A stretch of DNA of 45,385 nt from a virus, in the IMG/VR virus record IMGVR_UViG_3300028886_000153, positions 1-45,385 of that record; one strand, given 5' to 3'. The position numbers were made by a program, and so were the translations under genes. The notes under the pieces were generated by a model. The model was not told where the DNA came from and made no database searches. It saw only the letters and a list, made by a program, of their open reading frames with translations. Position 1 is the stretch's first letter, and each line of letters starts with the position of its first letter. Shown here in pieces: positions 27,852 to 37,429 of the stretch.

Positions 27852-28061
27852 CAATAAACCGGCGTATGAAAGACTTTTCGCCTAATCCGGCGGGTAAAAT
27901 TTTCGGACAAAACATATTTATGTGACCCATACGGTTCTCATATAAATATGAAAGAGAAAAAATTTTGCTAACGGGGAACCCTAAACCGTAAGGCATGGGA
28001 ATCCCGTGGGAAACAAATATTTATCCATTCTCTTTCAAATATATAATGAAGGAGAATAAAA

Positions 28062-28775
28062 ATGATAGGAATTTATAAAATCACTGAAATTGATAATCCT
28101 AACAATTTTTATGTTGGGTATAGTAATAATATAAAAAGAAGATTTAAAGAACATCAATAGAAAACTTATGAACAATCTCGTATTCCTTTTGATGATGAAA
28201 TAAAGAAAAAAGGTATTGAATCTTTTACTTATGAAATTTTAGAAGAATGTTCTGTTGAGGAATTACCAGCACGCGAAAGATATTGGACTGATAAATTAGA
28301 AGCAACAAAAGCCGGTAATGTTTTTGATGGAGGAATAAGTAATTTAGTTGGTGAAAATAATCCAAATAAAAAGATTACAGAAGATGATGTAAAAATCATT
28401 CGTCAATCCTATGCTAAACATAAAAAACAAAAAGATGTATATGAGTAGTTCAAAGATAAAATTACTTTTAGTTACTTTCAAAATCTTTGGCAAGGACGGT
28501 CTTGGAGTCATATTATGCCAGAAGTTTTTACCGAAGAAAATAAAAATTATTATATTTATCAAAATAGTAATGGAAGTAATGGTGCTTCCGCAAAATTTAC
28601 TGATGATGAAGTAATAAATATTAGAAAAAGATATGTCAATGAAAGTGCTAAAAAAATATATGAAGATTATAAAGATAGAATATCTTTTCAATCTTTTCAA
28701 CAAATTCTTTGGGGTAGATATTACTCTGAACTTCCTATCTATAAGAAAAAAGAGAAAAAATGGATAAATATTTGA
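28062..28775 (+). CDS. intron-encoded GIY-YIG homing endonuclease (237 aa, 2 TAG)
   Basis: IGIYKITEIDNPNNFYVGYSNNIKRRFKEHQ; GAAGGAGAA RBS; in intron loop. Confidence 0.7.
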
Positions 28776-28867
28776 ACCTGTATCGACTATCCTCTTTGCC
28801 TTCTGGGCGGAGGAGTAGAGGTGCTATTGATACGCACTTCGAAATGGTCTCCTTGCGGTCATAATTT

Positions 28868-28883
28868 ACCTGCGGCCGCAGGT
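28868..28883. repeat. TGCGGCCGCA palindrome copy 6, part of longer palindrome ACCTGCGGCCGCAGGT in intron core
   Basis: exact 16-bp palindrome. Confidence 0.9.
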
Positions 28884-28926
28884 AAAAGTTAGTCAGTGCT
28901 TATGGAAACATAAGAATAAAAACACG

Positions 28927-29329
28927 CGATGGCGCTCATATTAAGAATCTTTTCTATACATTTGTGTGGAATTTCTGTCCACAGCTAATTGAAGATGGTT
29001 TTGTATATGCTGGTGTTCCACCTCTTTATAAAATCACTACAAGTAAGGGATATAAATATCTCAAAAATGACGATGATTTGAAGGCATATCAGAAAGCAAA
29101 TACTGGTAAGGCATATAAGGTCAATCGTATGAAGGGTCTTGGTGAGATGGATGTTGAAGAAACGGAAGAAACTCTTACCGACCCAGGACAAAGAATTATT
29201 AAGCAGGTTACAATTAGTGATGCTGATGCTGCTAAAAAATTATTTGATGATTTGATGGGAACTGCGGTTACTCCTCGAAAAGTCTATATTAAAGAACATA
29301 GTGAGGAGGCAACTTATAATGCAGAATAA
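28927..29329 (+). CDS. type II topoisomerase large subunit, exon 2 (T4 gp60-equivalent region)
   Basis: DGAHIKNLFYTFVWNFCPQLIEDGFVYAGVPPLYK..MKGLGEMD..LMGTAVTPRKVYI matches GyrB C-terminus. Confidence 0.8.
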
Positions 29330-29510
29330 TTGTCTTATATTACAATGCTCTCATAATAAAAATGGAAATTGTTTGGGGAAAATGTCTAAGCAATGTACAG
29401 ATTATCCTGTCGCAGAGTATCTTAGCACAGGACAGTTATTAGCAATTAATGCTCCAACAGAAGATGATATTAAATATATGGAATTTTGTAATGCGGAAGG
29501 AGAAAGCTGA
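29319..29510 (+). CDS. small Cys-rich protein
   Basis: GAGGAGG RBS; 63 aa. Confidence 0.35.
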   Translation: MQNNCLILQCSHNKNGNCLGKMSKQCTDYPVAEYLSTGQLLAINAPTEDDIKYMEFCNAEGES

Positions 29511-31858
29511 TGGCAAACGAAATTCTAACTGACCTTGTAAATGAACTTGGTACAAATTTCATAGAGTATGCGGTTGCTGTTAATACAGATCGCTCAATTC
29601 CCGACGCAAGAACAGGATTAAAACCAGTAGCAAAACGCATCCTCTATGACGCTTACACTACTGGATGTACTTCTTCAAAGCCTCATGTTAAGTGTGCCGC
29701 AATAGTCGGTGATACAATGGGTAGATTTCATCCACATGGCGATAGTTCAATTTATGGCGCATTAGTAAGATTATCAGAGGATTGGACTATGCGTTATCCA
29801 TTAATTGATTTTCACGGTAATAATGGTAACAGAGACGGTGATCCTCCGGCACATCAACGTTATTCAGAGGCTCGTTTGGCAAAAATTACTGAAGATGGTA
29901 TGTTGGTAGGAATGAAAAAGAATGTAGTTAATACAATTCCTAATTATTCAGAAACAGAAACTGAACCTGTCACTCTTCCATCTTACTTCCCAAATCTTCT
30001 TTGTAATCCAAACACTGGTATCGGTGTCGCAATGGCCTGTAACTGGGCTCCACATAATCTAAACGAAGTTGCGCAAGCAATCTTTGATTATATGGACGGA
30101 AAAGAGCCAATGATTCCTGGCCCCGACTTTCCAACGGGCGGTTTGATTACTAATAAAGATGATGTTCCTTCTATTATGAGAACTGGCCATGGTAGTGTAA
30201 AACTCCGAGGTAAATATAATATTGAAGGAAATAATATCATCTTTTATGAAATTCCATATGGCGTTGCCACAGAAGCACTTATGGAACAGATTGGTAAGGC
30301 TTGCGATGATGGCGATGTAGAAGGAATCAAACACATTCGCAATGAAAGTAACCGTAAAAAAGGTTTTAGATTGGTTCTTGAATGCGAAAAAGATGCTAAT
30401 TTGAATAAAACGATTATGCAACTGTTTAAAAATACAGATTTGCAGACCTCGTTTTCATATAATATGGTTGGTCTTGTCGGTAAAACTCCAACAGAGTTAA
30501 ACTTAAAAGACTGCTGTAAGATTTATATAGAGCATAATAATGAGTGTATTCGTAGAGAAACCGAATATGATTTAAAGAAAACTGAAGCAAAACTTGAAAT
30601 TGATGAAGGTTTGCTTAAAGCTCTTGAAGATATTGACAACATTATTGCTCTTATTAAGGCTTCAAAATCTGCGGCCGATGCTCGTGTGCAGCTTTGTGCC
30701 AAGTATAAGTTTACTGAACCCCAGGCGCAAGCAATCACTGATATGAAGCTCGGTAAATTGGCTAACCTTGAAAAAGTTGAGCTAAATGAGGAAATTGAAG
30801 GTCTTAAAGCAGAAATTAAACATTTTAATGCCGTTCTCGCAAATCCTCTTGATGAACTTAAAGTTCGTTTGAGAGCAATTGTTAGCAAATACGGCGATGC
30901 TCGTAGAACGGAGTTGATTCAAGTTGTCGAGCCGAAGGGCGACGAAGAGAAAAAAATTGCTGCAATACCCCCGGAAAAGTGTGTTGTACTCCTTACCGAG
31001 GCCGGATCAATTAAAAGAATTGCGGCGACTGCGTTCAGAGCTCAAAGACGCGCGGGTAAGGGTGTCAAGACTCAGGATGAGATTACTTCAGTAGTCATCC
31101 GAACAAACACAGTCGATAGTCTGATGATTTTTACCGACAAGGGTAATATGTATCGTCTGATTGTTGATGATATTCCAGAAGGAACGAACACCTCAAAAGG
31201 TATGCCTGTTCGTGCGCTCGTGTCTATGGAGCCTGGCGAAAATCCGACAGTTATCTATTCAATTTACCGCGATACAGATGCAAAATTCATTATATTTGTA
31301 ACCAAGCAAGGATATGTCAAGAGAAGTTCTCTTGATGAATATATCGGTATTAAAAAGAAAACTGGAACAAAGGCACTGAATCTTCACGAAGGTGACAGTA
31401 TTGCCACGGTATTCCTTGCAAATGACGAGCAAATTATTATTCTGTCTAAAGATGGATATGCTATTCGTTGTAAAGGAACAGAATTCCCCGCTACTGGACG
31501 TGTTTCTATGGGTTATAAGGGAATTAACTTGCGCGAGGGCGATGAAGTTATCACAGCTCTTCCAATCCGCAATCCTGATGATGATATTGCAATTTTCTCA
31601 AATAGCGGTCTTGGTAGACGAATTTCTTTGAAGAGTTTTACTCCTCAAACAAGAAATGGACGTGGAGTTGTGTACGCGAAAAACGCAGACGCAGCTGCCG
31701 CATGCCTGGTAACAGATGGAGATTTAATCCTCGTCTGCGGTGATAAGTCTTCTCTCTGTATCAAAGCTGAAGAGCTTATGGAAACAGAATCTAAGACTAC
31801 TGTTGGAAATATTGTAATCAAAGGAAATACACGAATTACAGGAGTAAGTAAAGTATGA
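29510..31858 (+). CDS. type II DNA topoisomerase subunit A (GyrA/ParC/T4 gp52-like), 782 aa, no TAG
   Basis: RSIPDARTGLKPVAKRILY, GRFHPHGDSSIY, active-site region AHQRYSEARLAK, beta-pinwheel C-terminus. Confidence 0.85.
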   Translation: MANEILTDLVNELGTNFIEYAVAVNTDRSIPDARTGLKPVAKRILYDAYTTGCTSSKPHVKCAAIVGDTMGRFHPHGDSSIYGALVRLSEDWTMRYPLIDFHGNNGNRDGDPPAHQRYSEARLAKITEDGMLVGMKKNVVNTIPNYSETETEPVTLPSYFPNLLCNPNTGIGVAMACNWAPHNLNEVAQAIFDYMDGKEPMIPGPDFPTGGLITNKDDVPSIMRTGHGSVKLRGKYNIEGNNIIFYEIPYGVATEALMEQIGKACDDGDVEGIKHIRNESNRKKGFRLVLECEKDANLNKTIMQLFKNTDLQTSFSYNMVGLVGKTPTELNLKDCCKIYIEHNNECIRRETEYDLKKTEAKLEIDEGLLKALEDIDNIIALIKASKSAADARVQLCAKYKFTEPQAQAITDMKLGKLANLEKVELNEEIEGLKAEIKHFNAVLANPLDELKVRLRAIVSKYGDARRTELIQVVEPKGDEEKKIAAIPPEKCVVLLTEAGSIKRIAATAFRAQRRAGKGVKTQDEITSVVIRTNTVDSLMIFTDKGNMYRLIVDDIPEGTNTSKGMPVRALVSMEPGENPTVIYSIYRDTDAKFIIFVTKQGYVKRSSLDEYIGIKKKTGTKALNLHEGDSIATVFLANDEQIIILSKDGYAIRCKGTEFPATGRVSMGYKGINLREGDEVITALPIRNPDDDIAIFSNSGLGRRISLKSFTPQTRNGRGVVYAKNADAAAACLVTDGDLILVCGDKSSLCIKAEELMETESKTTVGNIVIKGNTRITGVSKV

Positions 31859-32112
31859 GATTTCCCTTAATGACTCTTGGAGATTTTACATTCTTTGATG
31901 AACAGACTGGTAAAGGTTTTATTGGTGGCAAAATTGTTGCCACCAATAACCAAACCGGAGAAGAAGTCTCCAGAATCTATAAAAATTTTCATAACAAAAA
32001 AACTAATAAGTTTGATGTTTTAGCAGATTTGGTACATGAATTAGTACCACCACCCCCACCAGAGGAGGAAAATAATGGCGAATCTACCAAAGAAACGGAA
32101 TCTGACATTTGA
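31855..32112 (+). CDS. hypothetical protein
   Basis: ATGA overlap with upstream gene. Confidence 0.4.
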   Translation: MRFPLMTLGDFTFFDEQTGKGFIGGKIVATNNQTGEEVSRIYKNFHNKKTNKFDVLADLVHELVPPPPPEEENNGESTKETESDI

Positions 32113-32284
32113 AGATGTCAATTATTATAAAGAAGATTTTGAAAATCTGATTTATATTTGCGATGCTTTTCCAATTACAATGGAAGAAATCGTAAAAATT
32201 TCTACTATTCTAGGAAAACTCGCTTTTTATGGTAAACTTGATGTGTATAAAAGAGTGCTTTACGATGCATCAAGGGTTGAATAA
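32075..32284 (+). CDS. hypothetical protein
   Basis: GGAGGAAAATAATG RBS. Confidence 0.4.
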   Translation: MANLPKKRNLTFEDVNYYKEDFENLIYICDAFPITMEEIVKISTILGKLAFYGKLDVYKRVLYDASRVE

Positions 32285-32330
32285 TTAAAAAATTTTTTAT
32301 ATAATAAGAAATGTAAGGTAAGGTAAATAT

Positions 32331-34259
32331 ATGGAACAAACAGAAGTAATGAGACAATTAGTTGATAAATTAAATTATCTTACAAAAAAATATGATGAAG
32401 GAACCCCCGAAGTAAGCGATAAAGAGTGGGATGATTTGTACTTCCAACTCTTAGAACTTGAAACTGCTTTAGGGGCATATTATCCAGATTCTCCAACTAG
32501 AGCTGTTAATTATCAAGTAGTTAATGACTTAACAAAAGTTGAACATAATCATGCAATGCTTTCTCTTGATAAAACCAAGAGTCTTGATGACGTGACGAAG
32601 TTCGCCAATGGTAAGCAAATGTTAGCTATGGCAAAATGCGATGGATTGACATGCTCTATTAAATATACTAATGGACGTCTAGTATCTGCGGAAACTCGTG
32701 GCAATGGCGTGATCGGAGAAGATGTTCTCCACAATGCTCTCACAATTCCGACTATTCCTCATAAAATTCAATATCAGGATGATTTAATTCTTGATGGAGA
32801 AATTGTATGCTTGCATAGTGATTTCAAAGAATTTGAAGAAGAATATAAGAATCCTCGTAATTTTGCAGCGGGTAGTATTCGTCTATTAGACGCAAGCGAG
32901 TGCGCCAAAAGAAAATTAACCTTCGTAGTTTGGGAAGTAATTGAAGGATTTGAAGAAATTGATTCTCTACAAGAGCGTTTGGCTAAAATAGAGAAACTAG
33001 GTTTCTTTACAGTCCCATGCTTAAAAACTGCGATGATTACTGATGATGTAGTCGAAACTATTAAAACTTTAAGCCAAAATATTCCAATAGATGGAGTTGT
33101 TTTTAAGTTTGATAGTGTCTCTTTTGGCAAAACTCTTGGAGAAACTGCCCACCATCTTAAAAACGCTATTGCCTATAAATTCTATGATGAAGTTTATTCA
33201 ACTACTTTACGCAGTATCGCATGGACAATGGGTAGAACTGGAGTTCTTACTCCAGTAGCATTATTTGATCCTGTAGATATTGATGGTACAGAAGTTGAAC
33301 GAGCTAGTCTTCATAATTTAAGTATTCTTGAAGAAACTCTAGGTAAAACTCCATGGAACGGTCAACTTATTGGCGTTTTTAAAGCAAATATGATTATTCC
33401 ACAAATTGGATGGGCAGATTTAGATACTGTTCCAGAAGAAAATAAGATAATTCCTATTTTAACGCATTGCCCAATTTGCGGCAGTCCGTTAAGAAAAAAA
33501 CAAAATAATGATTCGGTCTTTTTAGAGTGTAGTAATGATGATTGCGATGGTAAGCTTATTAATCGCCTAGATCATTTCTGCGGAAAAAAGGGATTAGATA
33601 TTAAAGGATTATCTAAGGCTACATTAGAAAAATTAGTCGATTGGGGCTGGGTAAATAGCCCAGTGGATATTTTTTACCTGGGAGAGCATCAAAAAGATTG
33701 GTCTGGAAAACCAGGCTTTGGAGAGAAATCTGTTCAAAATATTCTTGATGCTATTGAGGCAAGTAAAGAATGTAGTTTTGAATCGTTTATCTCCTCTCTT
33801 GGCATTCCTCTTATCGGAAGGAATGTAGCTAAAGATTTAGCAGGACATTTTGGCTGTTATGACTGCTTATATGAAGCAATTAAAGAAAATTACGATTTTT
33901 CTCAACTTCCAGGCTTTGGAGAAAGTAAATCTCAAGCTTTATTAAATTTTGATTATACGGAAGCAGATCAATTATATGGAATTCTTGACGTGCAAATGTC
34001 CGAAATAACAACAAATGATGCAAAATTACCTTTAAAAGATATGAAATTTGTAATTACAGGAACTGTAAAGCATTTCAAGAACAGAGCTGAATTGCAAGAA
34101 TGCATCGAGAAAAATGGCGGCAAAGTTGTATCTACTATTTCTAAAAATGTTAATTATTTAATTAATAATGATGTAAATTCAACTTCATCTAAGAATGTCG
34201 CAGCAAAAAAGATGGGAATTCCAATCCTATCAGAAGACGAGTTTTTGGAGAAAATTTGA
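32331..34259 (+). CDS. ligA: NAD+-dependent DNA ligase (LigA), 642 aa, no TAG
   Basis: adenylation KxDG (AKCDGLTCSIKY), Cys4 zinc finger CPICG..C..C, HhH GFGEKS, C-terminal BRCT. Confidence 0.85.
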   Translation: MEQTEVMRQLVDKLNYLTKKYDEGTPEVSDKEWDDLYFQLLELETALGAYYPDSPTRAVNYQVVNDLTKVEHNHAMLSLDKTKSLDDVTKFANGKQMLAMAKCDGLTCSIKYTNGRLVSAETRGNGVIGEDVLHNALTIPTIPHKIQYQDDLILDGEIVCLHSDFKEFEEEYKNPRNFAAGSIRLLDASECAKRKLTFVVWEVIEGFEEIDSLQERLAKIEKLGFFTVPCLKTAMITDDVVETIKTLSQNIPIDGVVFKFDSVSFGKTLGETAHHLKNAIAYKFYDEVYSTTLRSIAWTMGRTGVLTPVALFDPVDIDGTEVERASLHNLSILEETLGKTPWNGQLIGVFKANMIIPQIGWADLDTVPEENKIIPILTHCPICGSPLRKKQNNDSVFLECSNDDCDGKLINRLDHFCGKKGLDIKGLSKATLEKLVDWGWVNSPVDIFYLGEHQKDWSGKPGFGEKSVQNILDAIEASKECSFESFISSLGIPLIGRNVAKDLAGHFGCYDCLYEAIKENYDFSQLPGFGESKSQALLNFDYTEADQLYGILDVQMSEITTNDAKLPLKDMKFVITGTVKHFKNRAELQECIEKNGGKVVSTISKNVNYLINNDVNSTSSKNVAAKKMGIPILSEDEFLEKI

Positions 34260-34321
34260 TTGATTTTTCTAAAAATTTTTCGTACAATAAAATTGTAAAA
34301 ATTAAGGATGAAAATTTTGTA

Positions 34322-34513
34322 ATGAAACTAAAAGAACTCAAAAAGCTGGCTAAAGAAATCGTCACTTTAGAGCAAATTATCGATACGAATGAAGATGAAA
34401 AAGCCGTGAATAAGGCAAAGAACCGAATTATTGAAATTTCCGGCCATTTAGATCCGGAAGATATGATGCGTATCGACGAATTAGTTCAAGAACAAATGCA
34501 GAACCAATCTTGA
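34322..34513 (+). CDS. small hypothetical protein
   Basis: AAGGATGAAAA RBS-like. Confidence 0.35.
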   Translation: MKLKELKKLAKEIVTLEQIIDTNEDEKAVNKAKNRIIEISGHLDPEDMMRIDELVQEQMQNQS

Positions 34514-34538
34514 TTTTAAAAAAATTTTTTGATATAAT
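34510..34538 (+). promoter_or_regulatory. promoter TTGATT-17-TATAAT
   Basis: TTGATT 34510-34515, TATAAT 34533-34538. Confidence 0.55.
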
Positions 34539-34603
34539 TTTTACATAAGGTAAAGAAATTACCGAGAAATAAAAAAATATTTTTTAACAAGGAGAAATTT
34601 ATT

Positions 34604-34870
34604 ATGGCTATGAAGGAAAATTCTAAGAAGGTTCTTGAGTATTTGAAGACTATTAACGGTCAGGACGTTACCGCTGCTGATGTTGCCGACGCTCTCGGTC
34701 TTGAAAAGCGCTCTGTTGATGGTATTTTTACCTCTGCTATCCAGCGCAAGGGTCTCGGTATCCGTACCCCTGCTGAGATTGAGCTTGACGATGGCACCCA
34801 CAAGGCTGTTAAGTTCCTTTCTCTTACCGATGCAGGTATGGCATTCGATCCCGATGCCGATGCTGAGTAA
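34604..34870 (+). CDS. small acidic winged-helix-like protein (88 aa), higher GC, own promoter and terminator
   Basis: AAGGAGAAA RBS; ADVADALGLEKRSVDGIF HTH-like. Confidence 0.5.
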   Translation: MAMKENSKKVLEYLKTINGQDVTAADVADALGLEKRSVDGIFTSAIQRKGLGIRTPAEIELDDGTHKAVKFLSLTDAGMAFDPDADAE

Positions 34871-34886
34871 TTAAAGCATAAATTAT

Positions 34887-34920
34887 GCGGGGTGGGTTAA
34901 TCGCCCACTCCGCATTTTTT
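34887..34920 (+). terminator. rho-independent terminator GCGGGGTGGG-ttaatc-GCCCACTCCGC + T6
   Basis: GC-rich stem + T-run. Confidence 0.6.
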
Positions 34921-34923
34921 ATA

Positions 34924-35913
34924 ATGATTATCCTATATGTACTTATCGGCCTACTTGTAGGAAGTCTTGGGATCTATTTACTACTTAGGCCGAAATTAAA
35001 AATTACTGCTCAAAAAAATATTGCTATAGAATAGGCAAATCAATAGCTTGAAATTCAAAATAGTAATTTGCTTGATGTTCAACAACATCGCAAAGAATTA
35101 TTAGATAAAACAACTCAAGAATATCATGAAATGGGAGCCAAAAGAGAAGAAATCAAAAAGGCTCTTGAAGATTTGCGCGAAACATAGCAAAAAGCCGCTG
35201 AAGACTTATATAGTTAGGCTTTAAATATTGCCGAAAATTCATATGAAAAAGAAATTGACCGAATTAGTGATGACTTATTTCAACATCGCGAAGAAGCGAA
35301 AAATCTTTACCTTCAAGTCACTGAAGAGGCCGTCCAAGAGTTTGAAGAAGCTATTGAAGAAAAAGAAAAAGAATTTTCATATTGGAATGGACGAATTATT
35401 GCCTTACAAAAAGATGTATAGGTCGCTCTTGAAGCGGCTTAGCGCAAACTCGCCATGGAAACATAGCAAGACTATTATCGTGTATGTCTATCCGATGAAG
35501 ATGTTACAGAGATAAAACGCTTGCGCGAAGTGCTTCCATATTTGCGCGACAAAACTCCATTGAATAAAGTTATTTATAAAGTTTATTATGAACGACCATT
35601 AACAGACATGATTGGCAGAGTGGTCGGAACTGGTGTTCATACTGGTATTTATAAAATTACTAACATTAATAACGGAATGTGTTATGTAGGCCAAGCCGCA
35701 AACATTGCAGATCGCTGGAAACAGCATTGTAAACGCGGTGTTGGCGCAGAAGACTGGACCCAGAATAAACTTTACCCAGCTATGTATTCTCTTGGAGTTG
35801 AAAATTTTACTTTTGAGATTGTTGAAGAATGCAGTAGAGATGCTCTCAATGAGAGAGAAGATTATTGGCAAGATTATTTTCACGCAAAAGATTTTGGATA
35901 TAGTATAAAATGA
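34924..35913 (+). CDS. membrane-anchored coiled-coil protein with C-terminal GIY-YIG/T5orf172-like domain (DUF4041-T5orf172-like architecture), 329 aa, 8 TAG; start uncertain
   Basis: N-terminal TM IILYVLIGLLVGSLGIYLLL, coiled coil, C-terminal GIYKITNINNGMCYVGQAANIADRWKQH; no SD (terminator immediately upstream); ORF-track 35521-35913 is the TAG-free 3' part. Confidence 0.5.
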
Positions 35914-36188
35914 ATGAAACTTATTATTATCAAAGAAGTGGCGAATTATATACTAAATATACCAAACGAGAAATTTGGGATATGATTGATCCAAGAGATA
36001 CTACTACTTTTTTTCCATTTCTACAAGATATGAATTACCCATATATTGAAGAAGAGTGGAAAAAATTTCTTGACAAGTATGATCCAAAAGATGGTAGAAT
36101 TATCGGACGGTATATTGCTCTTATGCGCCTTAAAGGATATCAACCATATACTTGGTCTGATTCTGCTTTTTTGAACGAATTGAGATAG
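35910..36188 (+). CDS. hypothetical protein ending at TAG 36186 in frame with thyA (possible read-through fusion)
   Basis: ATGA overlap start; same frame as 36198. Confidence 0.4.
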   Translation: MNETYYYQRSGELYTKYTKREIWDMIDPRDTTTFFPFLQDMNYPYIEEEWKKFLDKYDPKDGRIIGRYIALMRLKGYQPYTWSDSAFLNELR

Positions 36189-36197
36189 CAAAAGAAT

Positions 36198-36980
36198 ATG
36201 AACGAATTTTTATATATGGAAGAAGTTTTATGCTACGGTGATACTTTGCCGATAGCATATCATAGCGCACTTGAAGTGTTACAGCAAGCCCCTATTGTTC
36301 CTTGTCCGGATTGGAATACAAATCAAAAGGAAATATCTGTCACTATGGTCGTTGGAAATCCATTAAAAGAACCAATGATTAGCAAACTATCTTTCTGTGA
36401 TCCAGATAGCTTGGAACAATATCGTCAAGAAATGCTTGATGGTATTCTTGATTTTGAAATTGATAAAGGTAATTGGGTATATACTTATCACGATAGAATG
36501 GTAAAATATTGCGTTGGCGAAGAATGTGTAAATCAAATTCAATTTATTATTGATGAATTGAAGCGCAATCCATACTCTCGTCGTGCCGTAATTGACATTC
36601 GTAATAACGGTGAGGATATGTATAGTGACGATCCTGCCTGTTGGCAGCACGCCCAATTTTTCATTAGAGATAATAAACTTTATATGAAAGTTCTATTTCG
36701 CTCTAATGATGCTTGTAAAGCCGCTTTTATGAATGCTTTTGCGTTAATTATGCTCCAGAAGAGAATTGCTGATGAACTCGGTGTTGAAATGGGAACATAT
36801 ACACATAGGGCTAATAGCTTTCATTGTTATGAACGAGATTTCGATATGCTCGATGGTTATGTTAATAGAATCGCTCATGGTAGTGATGTGACATATTCAT
36901 ACGAGGACGATTGGAAGGAGCTAATGGAAGAGGCAAGACCTGAGATAGCTAAAAAAGTTGAATTTCTAAAAAATAAATGA
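36198..36980 (+). CDS. thyA: thymidylate synthase family enzyme (ThyA, or dUMP hydroxymethylase-type homologue)
   Basis: MNEFLYMEEVLCYG aligns with ThyA N-terminus; RRAVI, catalytic Cys in PACWQHAQFF, FRSND, Asn-containing NAFAL (uracil-type specificity), HRANSFHCYE. Confidence 0.7.
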   Translation: MNEFLYMEEVLCYGDTLPIAYHSALEVLQQAPIVPCPDWNTNQKEISVTMVVGNPLKEPMISKLSFCDPDSLEQYRQEMLDGILDFEIDKGNWVYTYHDRMVKYCVGEECVNQIQFIIDELKRNPYSRRAVIDIRNNGEDMYSDDPACWQHAQFFIRDNKLYMKVLFRSNDACKAAFMNAFALIMLQKRIADELGVEMGTYTHRANSFHCYERDFDMLDGYVNRIAHGSDVTYSYEDDWKELMEEARPEIAKKVEFLKNK

Positions 36981-36986
36981 TATAAT
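36958..36986 (+). promoter_or_regulatory. promoter TTGAAT-17-TATAAT overlapping thyA 3' end
   Basis: conserved ATATATATAAAGAAATGAAAAAGAGG leader. Confidence 0.55.
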
Positions 36987-37023
36987 ATATATATAAAGAA
37001 ATGAAAAAGAGGTTATATAAGTT

Positions 37024-37368
37024 ATGTCATTGAAACAAGATTTTATTAGTTATGTTGAAAGCAATTTTAGCAAGAACCCTATGCCCGAAAATTTAACTGA
37101 ATATTGGGAAAAATTTAAGGGCGGCTCCAGCGGCGGAGATAAGCCGCAGTTTACCGAGAACGGTAAAAAAATTCTAACTTTCCTCCAGATGAATGCAGCT
37201 ACTCGCACATGGAAGTCAAAAGATATCGCGGATGAAATGTTTATTTCTTCTCGCACAGTATCTGGCGCCATCCGCAAGCTGGTAACTGACGGATATGTGG
37301 AGAAAGTTGGTCAAGACCCTACAATATATTGCATTACCGAAAAAGGAATTAATGCACAAATTGAGTAA
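37024..37368 (+). CDS. MarR-like winged-helix regulator
   Basis: ILTFLQMN..SKDIADEMFISSRTVSGAIRKLVTDGYVEK. Confidence 0.5.
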   Translation: MSLKQDFISYVESNFSKNPMPENLTEYWEKFKGGSSGGDKPQFTENGKKILTFLQMNAATRTWKSKDIADEMFISSRTVSGAIRKLVTDGYVEKVGQDPTIYCITEKGINAQIE

Positions 37369-37429
37369 AAAATTGGTCAAAATCCTTTCATACTATAAAA
37401 ATAATTTTTATATTTAATAGAATGGAGGA

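Larger units (their letters stand above)
27852..28926 (+). mobile_element. group I intron (IA2-like) interrupting the topoisomerase gene after ..DADV, carrying a GIY-YIG HE ORF
   Basis: 5' exon ends in T, intron ends in G; in-frame TAA 27883 after the junction; core TAACGGGGAACC..AATCCCGTGGG close to the T4 td intron (AAACGGGGAACC...AATCCCGTG); 3' exon has no in-frame start; downstream exon restores DADV|DGAHI. Confidence 0.75.

Noticed and set aside
2240-28883. NotI sites as cloning or assembly linker artefacts
   Set aside because: Genes read straight through them in frame. One sits inside a longer native palindrome in an intron core. Six linkers inside ORFs would disrupt coding.
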